Positions 27,606 to 37,549 are shown, counted from the stretch's first letter. The stretch: DNA of 64,000 nucleotides from an uncultured Rhodobacterales bacterium (GCA_964586735.1 CAZPIN010000089.1:1200-65199), one strand, 5' to 3'. Translations and numbers: made by a program. The notes: a model not told the origin generated them from the letters alone.

Positions 27606-28783
27606 GCTGCCTCCGCGGCGAGCTCCGCAAATACCTTGTCAAGGATATCCACAGCACTGCCAAGGTCGTCGTCCGTAGCGATGAGCGGGGGGAGAATTCG
27701 CAGTGTGTCTTCCGCCGCAGCCACTGCCAGCAGGCGATGGTTCGCGGCGCGTTTCACGACATCGCCCACCGGCACCTTACAGCGCAGTCCCAGCATCAGT
27801 CCCTCGCCGCGCAGCTCGGCAACCACGCCGGGGTAGGCGTCAACCAGCGCCGCCAAACGCTGCTGCAGACCGCCGGAGACGCGGCGTACGCGTTCCAGAA
27901 AACCCTCATCCAGAACCACGTCCAGCACGGCGTTGCCGACCGCCATCGCAAGAGGATTGCCGCCAAACGTAGAGCCATGGGTGCCGGCGGTCATGCCAGC
28001 GGCGGCGCGCTCCGTTGCAAGGCAGGCGCCCAGCGGAAAGCCGCCGCCGATTCCCTTGGCGATTGTCATGATGTCGGGAACGACGCCGGACCACTCGTGG
28101 GCGAACAGCTTGCCGGTGCGCCCCATCCCGCACTGCACCTCGTCGAACAGCAGAAGCAGTCCGTGCCTGTCGCATAGATCGCGAATGGCGCGCAGCGTGG
28201 AGTCGGAAAACTTGCGGATGCCACCCTCGCCCTGAATGGGCTCCAGCAGCACCCCCGCAGTTTCGGGGCTGATGGCCTCCTCCACTGCCGCGGCACTGTC
28301 GAAGGCCACCACGTCGAAACCGTCGAGCATCGGCCCGAAGCCGTCCACCAGCTTGGGCTTGCCGGCGGCTGCGATGGTGGCAAGCGTGCGGCCGTGGAAA
28401 GCGCCGTCCATGGTGACCAAGCGGAAGCGCTCTGGGGCGCCGGACTGGCTGTGGTAGCGGCGGGCCATCTTGATGGCGGCCTCCACCGCCTCGGCACCCG
28501 AGTTGCTAAAGAACACCGTATCGGCAAAGGTGGTCTCGACCAGCCGTCTGGCCAACCGCTCCTGGCCGGGAATGCGGTAGAGGTTGGAGGTATGCCAGAG
28601 CCTGCCAGCCTGCTCCGTCAGTGCCTCGATGAGGCGGGGATGGGAATGGCCCAGCAGCGAAACGGCGATACCGGCCCCGAAGTCGAGGTACCGCTCACCG
28701 TCTTCGTCGAAAAGCCAGGAGCCCTCGCCCCTGATGAATGCGAAAGGAGTGCGCTGGTAGGTTGGCAGGACAGGATCGATCAT
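27602..28783 (-). CDS. argD: Acetylornithine aminotransferase (class III PLP aminotransferase)
   Basis: [35 protein letters not shown] and the PLP-lysine context [14 protein letters not shown]. Directly upstream of argF. Confidence 0.9.
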   Translation of the reverse strand: MIDPVLPTYQRTPFAFIRGEGSWLFDEDGERYLDFGAGIAVSLLGHSHPRLIEALTEQAGRLWHTSNLYRIPGQERLARRLVETTFADTVFFSNSGAEAVEAAIKMARRYHSQSGAPERFRLVTMDGAFHGRTLATIAAAGKPKLVDGFGPMLDGFDVVAFDSAAAVEEAISPETAGVLLEPIQGEGGIRKFSDSTLRAIRDLCDRHGLLLLFDEVQCGMGRTGKLFAHEWSGVVPDIMTIAKGIGGGFPLGACLATERAAAGMTAGTHGSTFGGNPLAMAVGNAVLDVVLDEGFLERVRRVSGGLQQRLAALVDAYPGVVAELRGEGLMLGLRCKVPVGDVVKRAANHRLLAVAAAEDTLRILPPLIATDDDLGSAVDILDKVFAELAAEAA

Positions 28784-28912
28784 GCTGGGGCCTCGTGCTG
28801 GAATTCAATGCGCCCGCCACGGAACGCGACGGGCGCACATCGCCACTCTTTCCAAAAACCGCGGCATTGTCAATCGCCGCCGGGCGGACGGCGCGACTGC
28901 TGCCGCATGCAC

Positions 28913-28997
28913 TGGTGCCCGCTGCCGGACTCGAACCGGCACTCCCTAAGGAAACGGATTTTAAGTCCGTCGCGTCTGCCTGTTCCGCCAAGCGGGC
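28913..28997 (-). tRNA. tRNA-Leu (anticodon UAA), CCA encoded
   Basis: The minus strand reads GCCCGCT TG GCGG...ACGGA CTTAAAA TCCGT + long variable arm (TCCTTAGGGA) + GCCGG TTCGAGT CCGGC + AGCGGGC ACCA. It has a perfect 7-bp acceptor stem, a 5-bp anticodon stem, a T-loop TTCGAGT and anticodon TAA. Confidence 0.9.
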
Positions 28998-29236
28998 CAA
29001 GTACCGCAAGCTTACCGCACTAGGACCGGAATGTCATCATCAGGTACCTGCCGCTTGCGTCGGCCTATGGTCACCAGCCGCGAGATGGCTCCCCTTGGAC
29101 AGAGCCGGCGGCGCGCGGCCGGGCGCTGCTTGCCGTTCTCCCAACCAAGGCGTCCTGAGACATGGGCCTTGCGGGCTGGAGACGCTATGCCCGTCCCGCC
29201 GCCAGTGGGCTACCGGGTCAAGTCATCTACCGCCAG

Positions 29237-30607
29237 TCAAGCAACGCCAGTTACCGTAATGTCAGAATCGAAGAGCACAATCCCGCTGTCGCTTCGGTAG
29301 GTCGCCGTGTATGCCGCGTATCCAAATTCATCAGAGCCTGCTGCGCGGACTACACCGCCTCCGACTATGTCAATAGCGTCGTTGTTTTCGCCTTCAAACC
29401 TGATGGCGATTCCCTCCTCTTCCAGGCCGCCCTGCAAGATCAGGATCTGCTTAGCGGTGAGAGAAAGCGTTGTGCTGGCGGAGCCCTCTAGCGAGACTTC
29501 ATCGATTCCTTTGACAACTCTCGCAACACGGTCTGTCAGGGTGTATGAACTGGTGCCCTCGTCGCTGTCGACATCCAGCGCCATCCGATCAAACACAAGA
29601 TCCGGATCGCTATCCTCGTCCCCATCGTATGCCGTCGCCCCCGGCTCGCTGCCCGCTGTGCCGCCGAGATCGAATTTGGCAGCAATTCCATGCTCATACT
29701 CGTCGAGTGGAAAGGAAAATTCTATATCTGAGGTACCGTCAGCGTCGGTGTCCATTTCCACATCGATTCGGTTTCGAGTATTAAATGAATGAATGCTCCA
29801 GATATGCCTTTCGTTCACTTCAGCAAAGTCCTCCGGGGCATGGTCAATCTCCACGACCACATTCTCGTCTTGGAAAACGAAAGTTGCCTCGTCTCCTGCG
29901 TTCCTGTATGCTGTGACAAGAAAAAGCAGCCCCTGTATCCGGAATTGCTGAAAATCCTTCACGCTGTCCTTGCCAACCGCTTCCATGAGTTCGTTTCTGG
30001 CCAAGGGTCCATAGATGGTTTCGTAGGCATCCAAGGTGTTTCTGGCATCTTCCGCATTTGCCGTCTCGGCGCCGCGCATGCCCTCAATTGACCTGAGCAA
30101 TGAGAGTTCGGCGCCCGCTTTCTCCTCCTCGTCATCACCGAAAAGGAACACCGCTCCCGCCACCAGTATAGCCAGTCCGCCCAGAATGACCCAAGCCGAA
30201 CCCGGCTCGCCGCCCCCCGACGTCCTATTCTGGGCCAGTACCGACTCGATGTCGACAGGGGCGGCTCCGAACATCTCTTCCAGCCGTCCCAGCGCCATTC
30301 GCTCGACGTAGACAATTTCTCCATCGGCGGAGACGTGGATGGCGGACACTTCGCCTGACAAACCGCCCTGCAAGAGCAGCACAGGTTCTTCTTCTTTCGA
30401 GCGGGAGAAATACCCCTCCAGCACAAGCTCGCTTCCGTCCAGCAGCACGACTGCCAAATCGTCGCCCTCGCGGCACGTCAGCGCTACATCATCCCAGTAC
30501 GCTGGCAGAATCACCCCCTGGACGCCTTCGGGCGCCTGCGTTCGCGAACGGCCGTCCCCCGCTGCCGCCTTGGCATGAACACTCCCACAGTCCATCATTC
30601 CCTCCAT
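29237..30607 (-). CDS. Polyacidic family member C (one ~285-aa module)
   Basis: 456 aa. N cassette: CREGDDLAVVLLDGSELVLEGYF...ALGRLEEMFG. Hydrophobic helix: WVILGGLAILVAGAVFLFG. One helical + DxDxDG + C-cassette module follows. Ends GIVLFDSDITVTGVA. The start could be one of the ATGs at 30607-30595. Confidence 0.8.
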   Translation of the reverse strand: MEGMMDCGSVHAKAAAGDGRSRTQAPEGVQGVILPAYWDDVALTCREGDDLAVVLLDGSELVLEGYFSRSKEEEPVLLLQGGLSGEVSAIHVSADGEIVYVERMALGRLEEMFGAAPVDIESVLAQNRTSGGGEPGSAWVILGGLAILVAGAVFLFGDDEEEKAGAELSLLRSIEGMRGAETANAEDARNTLDAYETIYGPLARNELMEAVGKDSVKDFQQFRIQGLLFLVTAYRNAGDEATFVFQDENVVVEIDHAPEDFAEVNERHIWSIHSFNTRNRIDVEMDTDADGTSDIEFSFPLDEYEHGIAAKFDLGGTAGSEPGATAYDGDEDSDPDLVFDRMALDVDSDEGTSSYTLTDRVARVVKGIDEVSLEGSASTTLSLTAKQILILQGGLEEEGIAIRFEGENNDAIDIVGGGVVRAAGSDEFGYAAYTATYRSDSGIVLFDSDITVTGVA

Positions 30608-30744
30608 TGGGCGCGCGCGTCCCGGAAACTCCTTAAGTACATCTGCACTGGAGATATGGTGTCCCCGTGCAGTCGCACTGTCAAACGTATGTCGCCCTCG
30701 CGGTCCAGTACCTGCCGTCGAATGACCATCACCCGCTCGGAGGG

Positions 30745-33700
30745 CTAAATGGTTATGTCCGGGTCTACGTAAATCGTACCGTCTGTCCCCTCATAGATGA
30801 TGAGACCTCGGTCATCCATATCAGCGCCCGCTGTGCCGTCGATGTCTACGGCCTCAATGCCGATGCCGGGCGTAAAGATGGAGCCGCTGGGCCCCCTCAG
30901 GACAAGTTCGTAGTCCTGGTCCGGCGAGCCGTCGCCGTTGCCATCCGCAAGCAGCGTAAGCTGGGCGTCGGTGATTGCTAGTGTCGTCCCCGACGTTGAG
31001 TCGCCGTCCATCTGAATATCCCGTATCCCAGCGAGAAACCTTGCCTGCTCGTCGGTTAGCGTCAGCTGGAGCTCTTCGCTCAGCGACATGCTATCAATCA
31101 CGAGGTTGCCGGGGGCAATTGGGCTTCCATCAGTTAGCGTCACATCGTTGACGCCGTTACCGCTCCAGTCCATCTTCAGCTCCAGCTGCGGGCCGGTTTG
31201 ACCGGGCAGGGAAACGAAGAGCGTCTGGTCCGTCGTGGTATCCGCGTCCTGGTCCACTGCAATCTCGATGATGCCCTGGCCATCGGCATCGAGCGTCCAT
31301 GTGTGAATGGCTTCCACCGTACCATCGTCTTCGCGATCAAGCCTGAAAACCACCACGTTGAGATCCGGCGTACCATCGTCATCCATGTCGACGCCAAATG
31401 TCGGCTCCTTGCCCTGATACTCGGACTGCAGGTAGGTGTTGACCAGAGGCACCATCCCCTGGATTGCGGCGAGATGGGCAGGCTCCAGCGCGTCCGGACT
31501 CTCACGCAGGCTGGCCATGGCTTCCGCGCCATACAGCGCACCGTACGATTCCAGCAGCCAGCCGGCGTTGCGCTGATTGGCGCCCTGCACCGCCGCCTGG
31601 CGCAGCACCGCCATCTCCCGCCAAGCCCCTTCGCCAATGGCAAGCGTAACGTCCCTGTCCAGAAGCAGCGTTGCGCCCATCAGCGAAAACGCGCGATGCG
31701 TCGTTGTGTCCTGGCTGGTATCGGGGGATATGGAAAGGGCGGGCAATGCCAGCACATCGCCAATGTCGGCCTCTACGGTAAGCGTGTAGCCATGATCCAC
31801 GCTCCCGTCGCGGTCACCGTCAGCCAGCAGCGACAGCGTCTCGGGCGAGATGGAGATATCCGTGACTCCGTTCGTCGCCATCTGCACCTCCTTGATCCCG
31901 CCCAGCAGCCTCGCGTGGTCTGTGGCAAGCACAACCGTCTGGTTTCCCGTGAACTCGATGCGATCAATTACCAGATCAGCGCTTCCCCAGTCGCCTCCAC
32001 CATCGATCACTGCCGTTTCCGCCGTACCGTCTCCATCGAAATCCACCTGCCCCCGAAGCGCTGTCCCGTCCTGATCAGCAATCACAAGAACAACAACCGC
32101 ATCCACCGTGTCGTCGGCGTTGTTGTCAACGCTCAGCTCGAGCGCTCCCTCGACGTCCCCGCTAAGCGACCAGTGATGTACCGCATCAGTGGAGCCGTCG
32201 TCATCGGCGTCAAGGTCCAGCGTAACCCGGTCTTGCCGCTCCGTCAGGGCTAGATTGTACCCCGAGGTCAGATAGGCGCCGTACAGGCGGGCTAGTCCCT
32301 GCAGCCCCGCAAGTTGCTCCGCCTCCGCGCTGCTCGGATCTTCCCGCAGACCATCGATTATCTCCGTGCCAAACAGAACCCCGTAGGCCATCAGCACCTG
32401 CTCGGCTGTCTTCACGGCAGCCTGCTGGGAGCTGCCCGGAGGGGCAACGTCAATGGACAGCTGCCGCAGCAGCGAAAGGTCCCGCCACGCGCCTTCGCCG
32501 ATGCCAAAAGTTATGTCCTTGTCCACCTCAATCGTCACGCCCGGCACCGAGTAGGCGCGGTATGTTTCTCTGTCCTGACGGGGCAGTCGCTCCAATGTAC
32601 CGTCGCTGACCAGTACAATGTCGGAGCTGTCACCATTGATTCTCAGCGTGTAGCCGTCTTCCTGTCCCGATCCCAGTGCTTCCAGCTGCGGCACGGTAAT
32701 GGAAATTTCGGTTACCCCGTTGTCGGCGAGGGAAACCTCCCTCACACCAGCCAAATACGCCGCGTCCACGTCGCGAACCTCAATCGCGTCGTCCATGTCG
32801 AACACCAGCCGGTCAAAACTGATGCCGTCGCCGTACAGGGTAGCGTCGCCCGTACCGTCCCGCTCGAAATCCACCTCCGCCACAATTATCGCCGCCGTCT
32901 GCTGCGCTGGCTCCAAGAGAAACACCGCGTCGATGGTTTCCGACGCTTCGACATCGACATTCACCGCCAGCAGTTTTTCTTCGGCGCCGCCCGGCATCCA
33001 GGTGTGGGTCACGTCCGCCGAGCCATCGCCGGTCAGGTCAAGGCCGAGCACCACCTCGCCATCCCCGTAGGTGATCCGGTCCTCAGTCACGGTCTGCTCC
33101 CCCAACGCGTTTTGGGAGTTTAGGTAGGCATTGACGATATTCAGCAGACCCTGAATCTGAGCCTTGGCCTCGTCGTCGACCTCTTCGGGATTCCCCGTGA
33201 GCGCCGCCAGCGCCTCCTCTCCGAACACCGTCTCGAAGGACTTAACGGCAATTTCCGCGCTTGTTTCGTCAGCCCCCTCTAGCCCCAGGTCCTGGACGAT
33301 CTGCTGCTCACGTGGAAGGCCGCCGCCGCCGTCGTCGCCGCCGCCGAAAACGCTCGTGCGCTCGTAAAGGTAGCCGATGATCAGGACGATGAGGCCCAGC
33401 TCCTGGTCAGACAGGCCCAACCAATCGGCGATGAACGGCATGTCGCCACTGGAGTGGCTTTCGCGTCTGGCAAACATTTCGTCCAGCCGCCCCAAGGCCA
33501 CGGGTTCGCCATCGGCTATCGCGCTATCGGCTGACGGCAACGCCGTCTCCGGCCAGTCTCCGGCGCTGACTGCTACCGCGCAGGCATCTGCCCCAGCATC
33601 CAGCGAAACCAGATTGGCAAAGCAGCCGACGACCCGCAGCTGCCTTCCGTCGACCAGCACAACCACAAGGTCATTGCCCTCGCGAAACACCCCCTCCACC

Positions 33701-33807
33701 TCATGGCGACGGCCAGGAGGCAGATATCTCCAGACGCTTTCGTCCAAGACATTCTGGCCGCGGGCGGCGACGGCAGCCATCGTCGGGGGATCGTCTTGGA
33801 AGACCAT
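30745..33807 (-). CDS. Polyacidic family member D (three tandem ~285-aa modules)
   Basis: The track ORF begins at TTG 33930, which is the TTG of a TTGACA box, so I prefer ATG 33807 (MVFQDDPP...). N cassette: FREGNDLVVVLVDGRQLRVVGCF...ALGRLDEMF. Helix: LGLIVLIIGYLY. Three modules are delimited by GIGEGAWR[DE][LM].[LV]LRQ at ~32500 and ~31640. Ends GTIYVDPDITI. Confidence 0.8.
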   Translation of the reverse strand: MVFQDDPPTMAAVAARGQNVLDESVWRYLPPGRRHEVEGVFREGNDLVVVLVDGRQLRVVGCFANLVSLDAGADACAVAVSAGDWPETALPSADSAIADGEPVALGRLDEMFARRESHSSGDMPFIADWLGLSDQELGLIVLIIGYLYERTSVFGGGDDGGGGLPREQQIVQDLGLEGADETSAEIAVKSFETVFGEEALAALTGNPEEVDDEAKAQIQGLLNIVNAYLNSQNALGEQTVTEDRITYGDGEVVLGLDLTGDGSADVTHTWMPGGAEEKLLAVNVDVEASETIDAVFLLEPAQQTAAIIVAEVDFERDGTGDATLYGDGISFDRLVFDMDDAIEVRDVDAAYLAGVREVSLADNGVTEISITVPQLEALGSGQEDGYTLRINGDSSDIVLVSDGTLERLPRQDRETYRAYSVPGVTIEVDKDITFGIGEGAWRDLSLLRQLSIDVAPPGSSQQAAVKTAEQVLMAYGVLFGTEIIDGLREDPSSAEAEQLAGLQGLARLYGAYLTSGYNLALTERQDRVTLDLDADDDGSTDAVHHWSLSGDVEGALELSVDNNADDTVDAVVVLVIADQDGTALRGQVDFDGDGTAETAVIDGGGDWGSADLVIDRIEFTGNQTVVLATDHARLLGGIKEVQMATNGVTDISISPETLSLLADGDRDGSVDHGYTLTVEADIGDVLALPALSISPDTSQDTTTHRAFSLMGATLLLDRDVTLAIGEGAWREMAVLRQAAVQGANQRNAGWLLESYGALYGAEAMASLRESPDALEPAHLAAIQGMVPLVNTYLQSEYQGKEPTFGVDMDDDGTPDLNVVVFRLDREDDGTVEAIHTWTLDADGQGIIEIAVDQDADTTTDQTLFVSLPGQTGPQLELKMDWSGNGVNDVTLTDGSPIAPGNLVIDSMSLSEELQLTLTDEQARFLAGIRDIQMDGDSTSGTTLAITDAQLTLLADGNGDGSPDQDYELVLRGPSGSIFTPGIGIEAVDIDGTAGADMDDRGLIIYEGTDGTIYVDPDITI

Positions 33808-34340
33808 GGAGAGCGCTCTCGAAACGGCGTACAGACCAACCGCCCCGGCGGTGCCGCTTGCCAGCGGCTCCGGGATGCTGCGGCGCAGTCCATCACACCG
33901 GAGTCTTGGAGCTATCGGGCGGAATGTCAAATCCGCGATTTCTGGCGCACCTTGCGACCCAGTCCGTCACTGCCGCGGCTTGGCACACGCCCGCAGGACG
34001 CTGGTGCAGGAGTCCATCCGCACAGCACTCCCATGCTCCACGCTCCATGACGGCGAGCGGCGCGAAGCAGACACGGCTCCCAAGGTCGAAGCGGCGCGCC
34101 GTCTCGCGGCAGCAAGACGCGGCGGCGGCAGGCCTCCGCGGTACAGGGAGCTCAGGACGGAAGGCTCCGCCTGGGCGGCTGTGCTGCCTGGCGCCTGCCC
34201 GCACGCGTCCGTCACGATGGCTTGTCCCGACGGGCCTGCGGAGTCTGAAACTGGCGTCCGCAAGCCTCTCCGGCGCCGGACTGCAGCTGGCCGCCCCTAT
34301 CCACGCCTTCGTGCCCGGCACTTCGCGGGGCGTGCTGCCG

Positions 34341-36500
34341 TCAAGCTACAGCTATCTCCGGGTCTACGTAGAACGTAACCACCACCGCCGCGCTGTCGCT
34401 GGGGTCAACAACTTCAAAGGGCGTGAACGTCTCGCCATCGATCATCACGTCAGCACCAGCCTCAACGCCCTCGATGGCGACGCTGTCGTTGCCGTCTCCG
34501 TAGATTTTGATCCCGTGGCCCGGTTCGCCTGCCGCGCTCTCCGCCCACTCGAGCAGGCTTTCCAGCGAGATCGTGATGCTCGTTGCCTCCTCGTGCAGCG
34601 TGATGCTCTCAAGCTCGCCCAAGTCGAAGATTTCCCCCAGATTCAACGAAGACGACGGGAGCGAGTCCATGTTGTATGTCCCCCCAGCCAAAATCTCGGC
34701 CGACACCAAATCGTAGTTGCCGTCACCATCGTCTTCGCTGTATTCGCCGATGTATCTGACATCATACGCGCCATCGGCGTCGAAGTCGATACTTGCCGAT
34801 ATCTGGCGGAACCCGAGCATGCGGCTAAAGTCCAGCTCATACCTTTTCTCGGGCACCAGCTGGGACGGGAACTGGTCGCTGTCTCCAGTGGCGACTGCAA
34901 ACTCCGCCCTGTTGTTCGCCAGATTGTCGAAGCTCCACTCCTCATAATGCCATTCATCCGCGTCCCCCAGAGCCGCGAAGCCAATCTGGTCCACGCCCTT
35001 TATCTCGTTGGTCACAGTGTTGATTTCCAACTCTGTGTTGCGCAGGGCGTAATTGTAGTGCAAGAGGGAAACGATGCCCTGCACCTGAAGCAGGGTCAGG
35101 TTCTGTCCTCCGTTTCCCGCCTCCTTCGCGATAGCCAGCACATCCAGCAAATCCTGCAGGATCGCGTTCGACGGGGCGCTTAGGTCGTCTACGTCGACGC
35201 CCGCCGTGCGAAAGTCATTCCAGATGGCGCTTCCGGCGTTGATTCTCGCCATCGCCGCCACTTGCGCGGGGTTGTTCGGGTCAATGAACTCCATTCTGCT
35301 GACCGTGCCGTCGTCGTTGTCGGACACCGCCACACTGTCCGCCCTTCCGTCGCCGTCGGTGTCGCGCTCGATGCGGTCGACGGTGCCGTTCGCGTCGCCA
35401 GTGCCGTCACCATCGATATCAGCCCTGACCGCCAGCTCGTTCTCGTCGCGGTAATGGTACTGGTGCTCCTCGTCGTGGGTGCCGTTGTCCTCGGTCCCAC
35501 CGAAGAACCTGGCTCCGACGGGTCTGTAGCCGTTCCCCGTATCGAAACTTGCTGTCTGGTCGGCTGTGCCATCGCCATCGGTATCGACGCCAAAGTCCAG
35601 CGAATCATGGTCGTCGTCCGTGTTGCGCGGGCTGCCCAGCGACCGCGCGGCTGGGCCGGCTGGGGCAGTCGGATCAAAGTCGACGGACACGACCCGAGCG
35701 TAGCCCTGGTCTACGTTCACCGTAGAGGCTCTTTCCACCGCGTAGGCGATCCTCTCCACCTCGGTACTGCTGAGACTCTGGCCACCGCCAAGCTCCGCCA
35801 CCGTGTCCATCAGATTGTGCAGCAGGTTTTCCCTGTCGGCGGCGCTGGCTCCTGCTGCCACCTCGACGCCGAAGCGTCCCCAGTCATCGAGACTGGCGCT
35901 GCCGCTGTTGATCCTGCCCAGCGCGGCTGCGTCCGGGTTGCTGCCGTCGCGGTCGCTGTCGCTGCTTGAAGTCAGCGCTACGGCCGCCAGGGTAATCGTG
36001 CCTCCGACGAGCAGCGGTCCAATGAGTGCCGAGCTGCTCTCCTGCAGCGCTTGTACACCAGGCTCCAGCAGGGGCTCCTCAGCGAAATCGCCATCGACGC
36101 TGAACATCTCGTCGAGACGCCCAAGCGCTGTTGGCTGCGCGGCGGCGGCCATGCCGTCGGCGTTTACATCCAGAACGGCCATCTGCCCATCCGGTCCCTC
36201 GGTGGTGAGCAGCACGGGACGATCCGCTATGGGAATGGGAAGTGGGGTGGACGTGAGCGGGATATCGTCACCGTCGGAGCCATCCGCCATCGAGAAGCCC
36301 GCAAAGTACCCCTCGACAAGCAGCAGCCGTCCGTCGGCCACTTCGACCACAAGGTCGTCTCCCTGGCGGAAAGTGCGAATCACCTCCGCCCGCGAAATGG
36401 GAAGGTGAACCTCCCTGGTCTCGATGGAAACGGCGAAGCGCTCATGCACGGCGAACTCTGCGTTGGGCCGGGCGAGCGTACTGCATCCGATGGCGCTCAT
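34341..36500 (-). CDS. Polyacidic family member E (two modules)
   Basis: 719 aa. N cassette: FRQGDDLVVEVADGRLLLVEGYF...ALGRLDEMF. Helix: LIGPLLVGGTITLAAVALT. Two helical segments of the type ARINAGSA.W.DF...GV.V, each followed by DxDxDG loops. Ends VVVTFYVDPEIAVA. Confidence 0.8.
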   Translation of the reverse strand: MSAIGCSTLARPNAEFAVHERFAVSIETREVHLPISRAEVIRTFRQGDDLVVEVADGRLLLVEGYFAGFSMADGSDGDDIPLTSTPLPIPIADRPVLLTTEGPDGQMAVLDVNADGMAAAAQPTALGRLDEMFSVDGDFAEEPLLEPGVQALQESSSALIGPLLVGGTITLAAVALTSSSDSDRDGSNPDAAALGRINSGSASLDDWGRFGVEVAAGASAADRENLLHNLMDTVAELGGGQSLSSTEVERIAYAVERASTVNVDQGYARVVSVDFDPTAPAGPAARSLGSPRNTDDDHDSLDFGVDTDGDGTADQTASFDTGNGYRPVGARFFGGTEDNGTHDEEHQYHYRDENELAVRADIDGDGTGDANGTVDRIERDTDGDGRADSVAVSDNDDGTVSRMEFIDPNNPAQVAAMARINAGSAIWNDFRTAGVDVDDLSAPSNAILQDLLDVLAIAKEAGNGGQNLTLLQVQGIVSLLHYNYALRNTELEINTVTNEIKGVDQIGFAALGDADEWHYEEWSFDNLANNRAEFAVATGDSDQFPSQLVPEKRYELDFSRMLGFRQISASIDFDADGAYDVRYIGEYSEDDGDGNYDLVSAEILAGGTYNMDSLPSSSLNLGEIFDLGELESITLHEEATSITISLESLLEWAESAAGEPGHGIKIYGDGNDSVAIEGVEAGADVMIDGETFTPFEVVDPSDSAAVVVTFYVDPEIAVA

Positions 36501-36603
36501 GGTAAGGACTCCTGTTCCTCAGGTTGCTGCGTTGGCCCGTTCGCAGTTCCCATCTACAGCTTGGCCGCTGCGGGTACGTACAAGTGGACCATCTTGCCTC
36601 CAA

Positions 36604-36631
36604 CTGATACAGATTTCTCTCGGCCTGTCAA
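36604..36631 (-). promoter_or_regulatory. Family-type promoter candidate (TTGACA-N16-TATCAG) upstream of member E
   Basis: On the minus strand, TTGACA lies at 36631-36626 and TATCAG at 36609-36604, with a 16-nt spacer. The leader contains GGAGGCAAGATGG and ACCCGCAGCGGCC, echoing the F/G leaders. Confidence 0.35.
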
Positions 36632-36700
36632 GTCACAATTCCGCGCCCGGCGAGACGCGCCGCCAGACGCCGGCGAGGGCGGCTTCTGGCAGTTGGCTCT

Positions 36701-37549
36701 CTAGTCCTTGATGCGGAAGCCGATGCGAAGCAGCCAGTAGGTGGTGGCCCACAGCGCCGCACCCAGTGCAAGGGACACCGCCAGCCCAATGCGGGGGTCG
36801 GCATCCGAGACCCCCAGCACGCCGTATCGGAATCCGTCGATGAGGTAGAAGAACGGATTGAACCGCGAGACAGTTTCCCATGGCTCGGGCAGGTAGCGAA
36901 TCGAGTAGAAGGTGCCCGACAGAAACGACAGCGGGACAATCAGGAAATTGGTGACCGTCGCCATATGGTCGAATTTCTCCGCCCACATGCCAGTGAGGAT
37001 ACCCACCGAGGCAAGCAGGCTGGAAGCCGCCAGCACGAAGTACATGGCCCAAAACGGATTGGCTACGGTCAGCCCGAACAGCGGAAAGAGCACTGCGGAA
37101 ATGGCCGCCGCCACCAGCGCGCCGCGTATGATTCCCCCCATCGCATAGCCGAGGTTGAGCTCCCCCGGCGACAGAGGCGCAACAAGGGTGTCGTACAAGC
37201 TGCCGAGAATCTTGGCGTGAAGGATCGAGGAGCCGGTGTTCTGGAAGGCGTTCTGGATCACGGCCATCATCACGATTCCCGGGACCAGAAAGGAGAGAAA
37301 CGGCACGTCGCCGATCTCGGGACGGCCCGAGGCGAAGGCGAAAGTGAAGACAGTTACGAACAGCAGCGACGTGAACACCGGAGCCAGCACGGTCTGCTGC
37401 CAGATCTTCGCGAAGCGCAGCACCTCCCGCGCGACCAGGGTCCAGAGTCCCAGCCAGTTGACGCGCCCGAACCGGCGGCGGCTGACCGGCGGCGGCAGCA
37501 TGGTGTTCCCGAGCATTTCTGACACTCCCTCTAGCGGTGGCACAAGCAT
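36701..37549 (-). CDS. ABC-2-type transporter permease (NodJ/YadH-like), no cognate ATPase adjacent
   Basis: 282 aa with six predicted TM stretches and an ABC-2-like N-terminus (WLGLWTLVAREVLRFAKIWQQTVLAPV). The upstream neighbour is divergent gcrA, so no ATPase gene is contiguous. Confidence 0.75.
   Translation of the reverse strand: MLVPPLEGVSEMLGNTMLPPPVSRRRFGRVNWLGLWTLVAREVLRFAKIWQQTVLAPVFTSLLFVTVFTFAFASGRPEIGDVPFLSFLVPGIVMMAVIQNAFQNTGSSILHAKILGSLYDTLVAPLSPGELNLGYAMGGIIRGALVAAAISAVLFPLFGLTVANPFWAMYFVLAASSLLASVGILTGMWAEKFDHMATVTNFLIVPLSFLSGTFYSIRYLPEPWETVSRFNPFFYLIDGFRYGVLGVSDADPRIGLAVSLALGAALWATTYWLLRIGFRIKD

Noticed and set aside
30608-30744. TTGACA box (30693-30688, minus strand) between D and C as a family promoter for C.
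   Set aside because: No acceptable -10 hexamer lies at 16-18 nt spacing. A CTGCAC...GTGCAG stem lies there instead. C may simply be co-transcribed with D.
28913-36700. Classical tRNA-linked genomic island (C-D-E block next to tRNA-Leu).
   Set aside because: The block lies on the 5' side of the tRNA, not at its 3' end. I saw no integrase and no direct repeat of the tRNA 3' segment at the far boundary. Base composition looks host-like. It is treated as an insertion or expansion of unknown mechanism instead.
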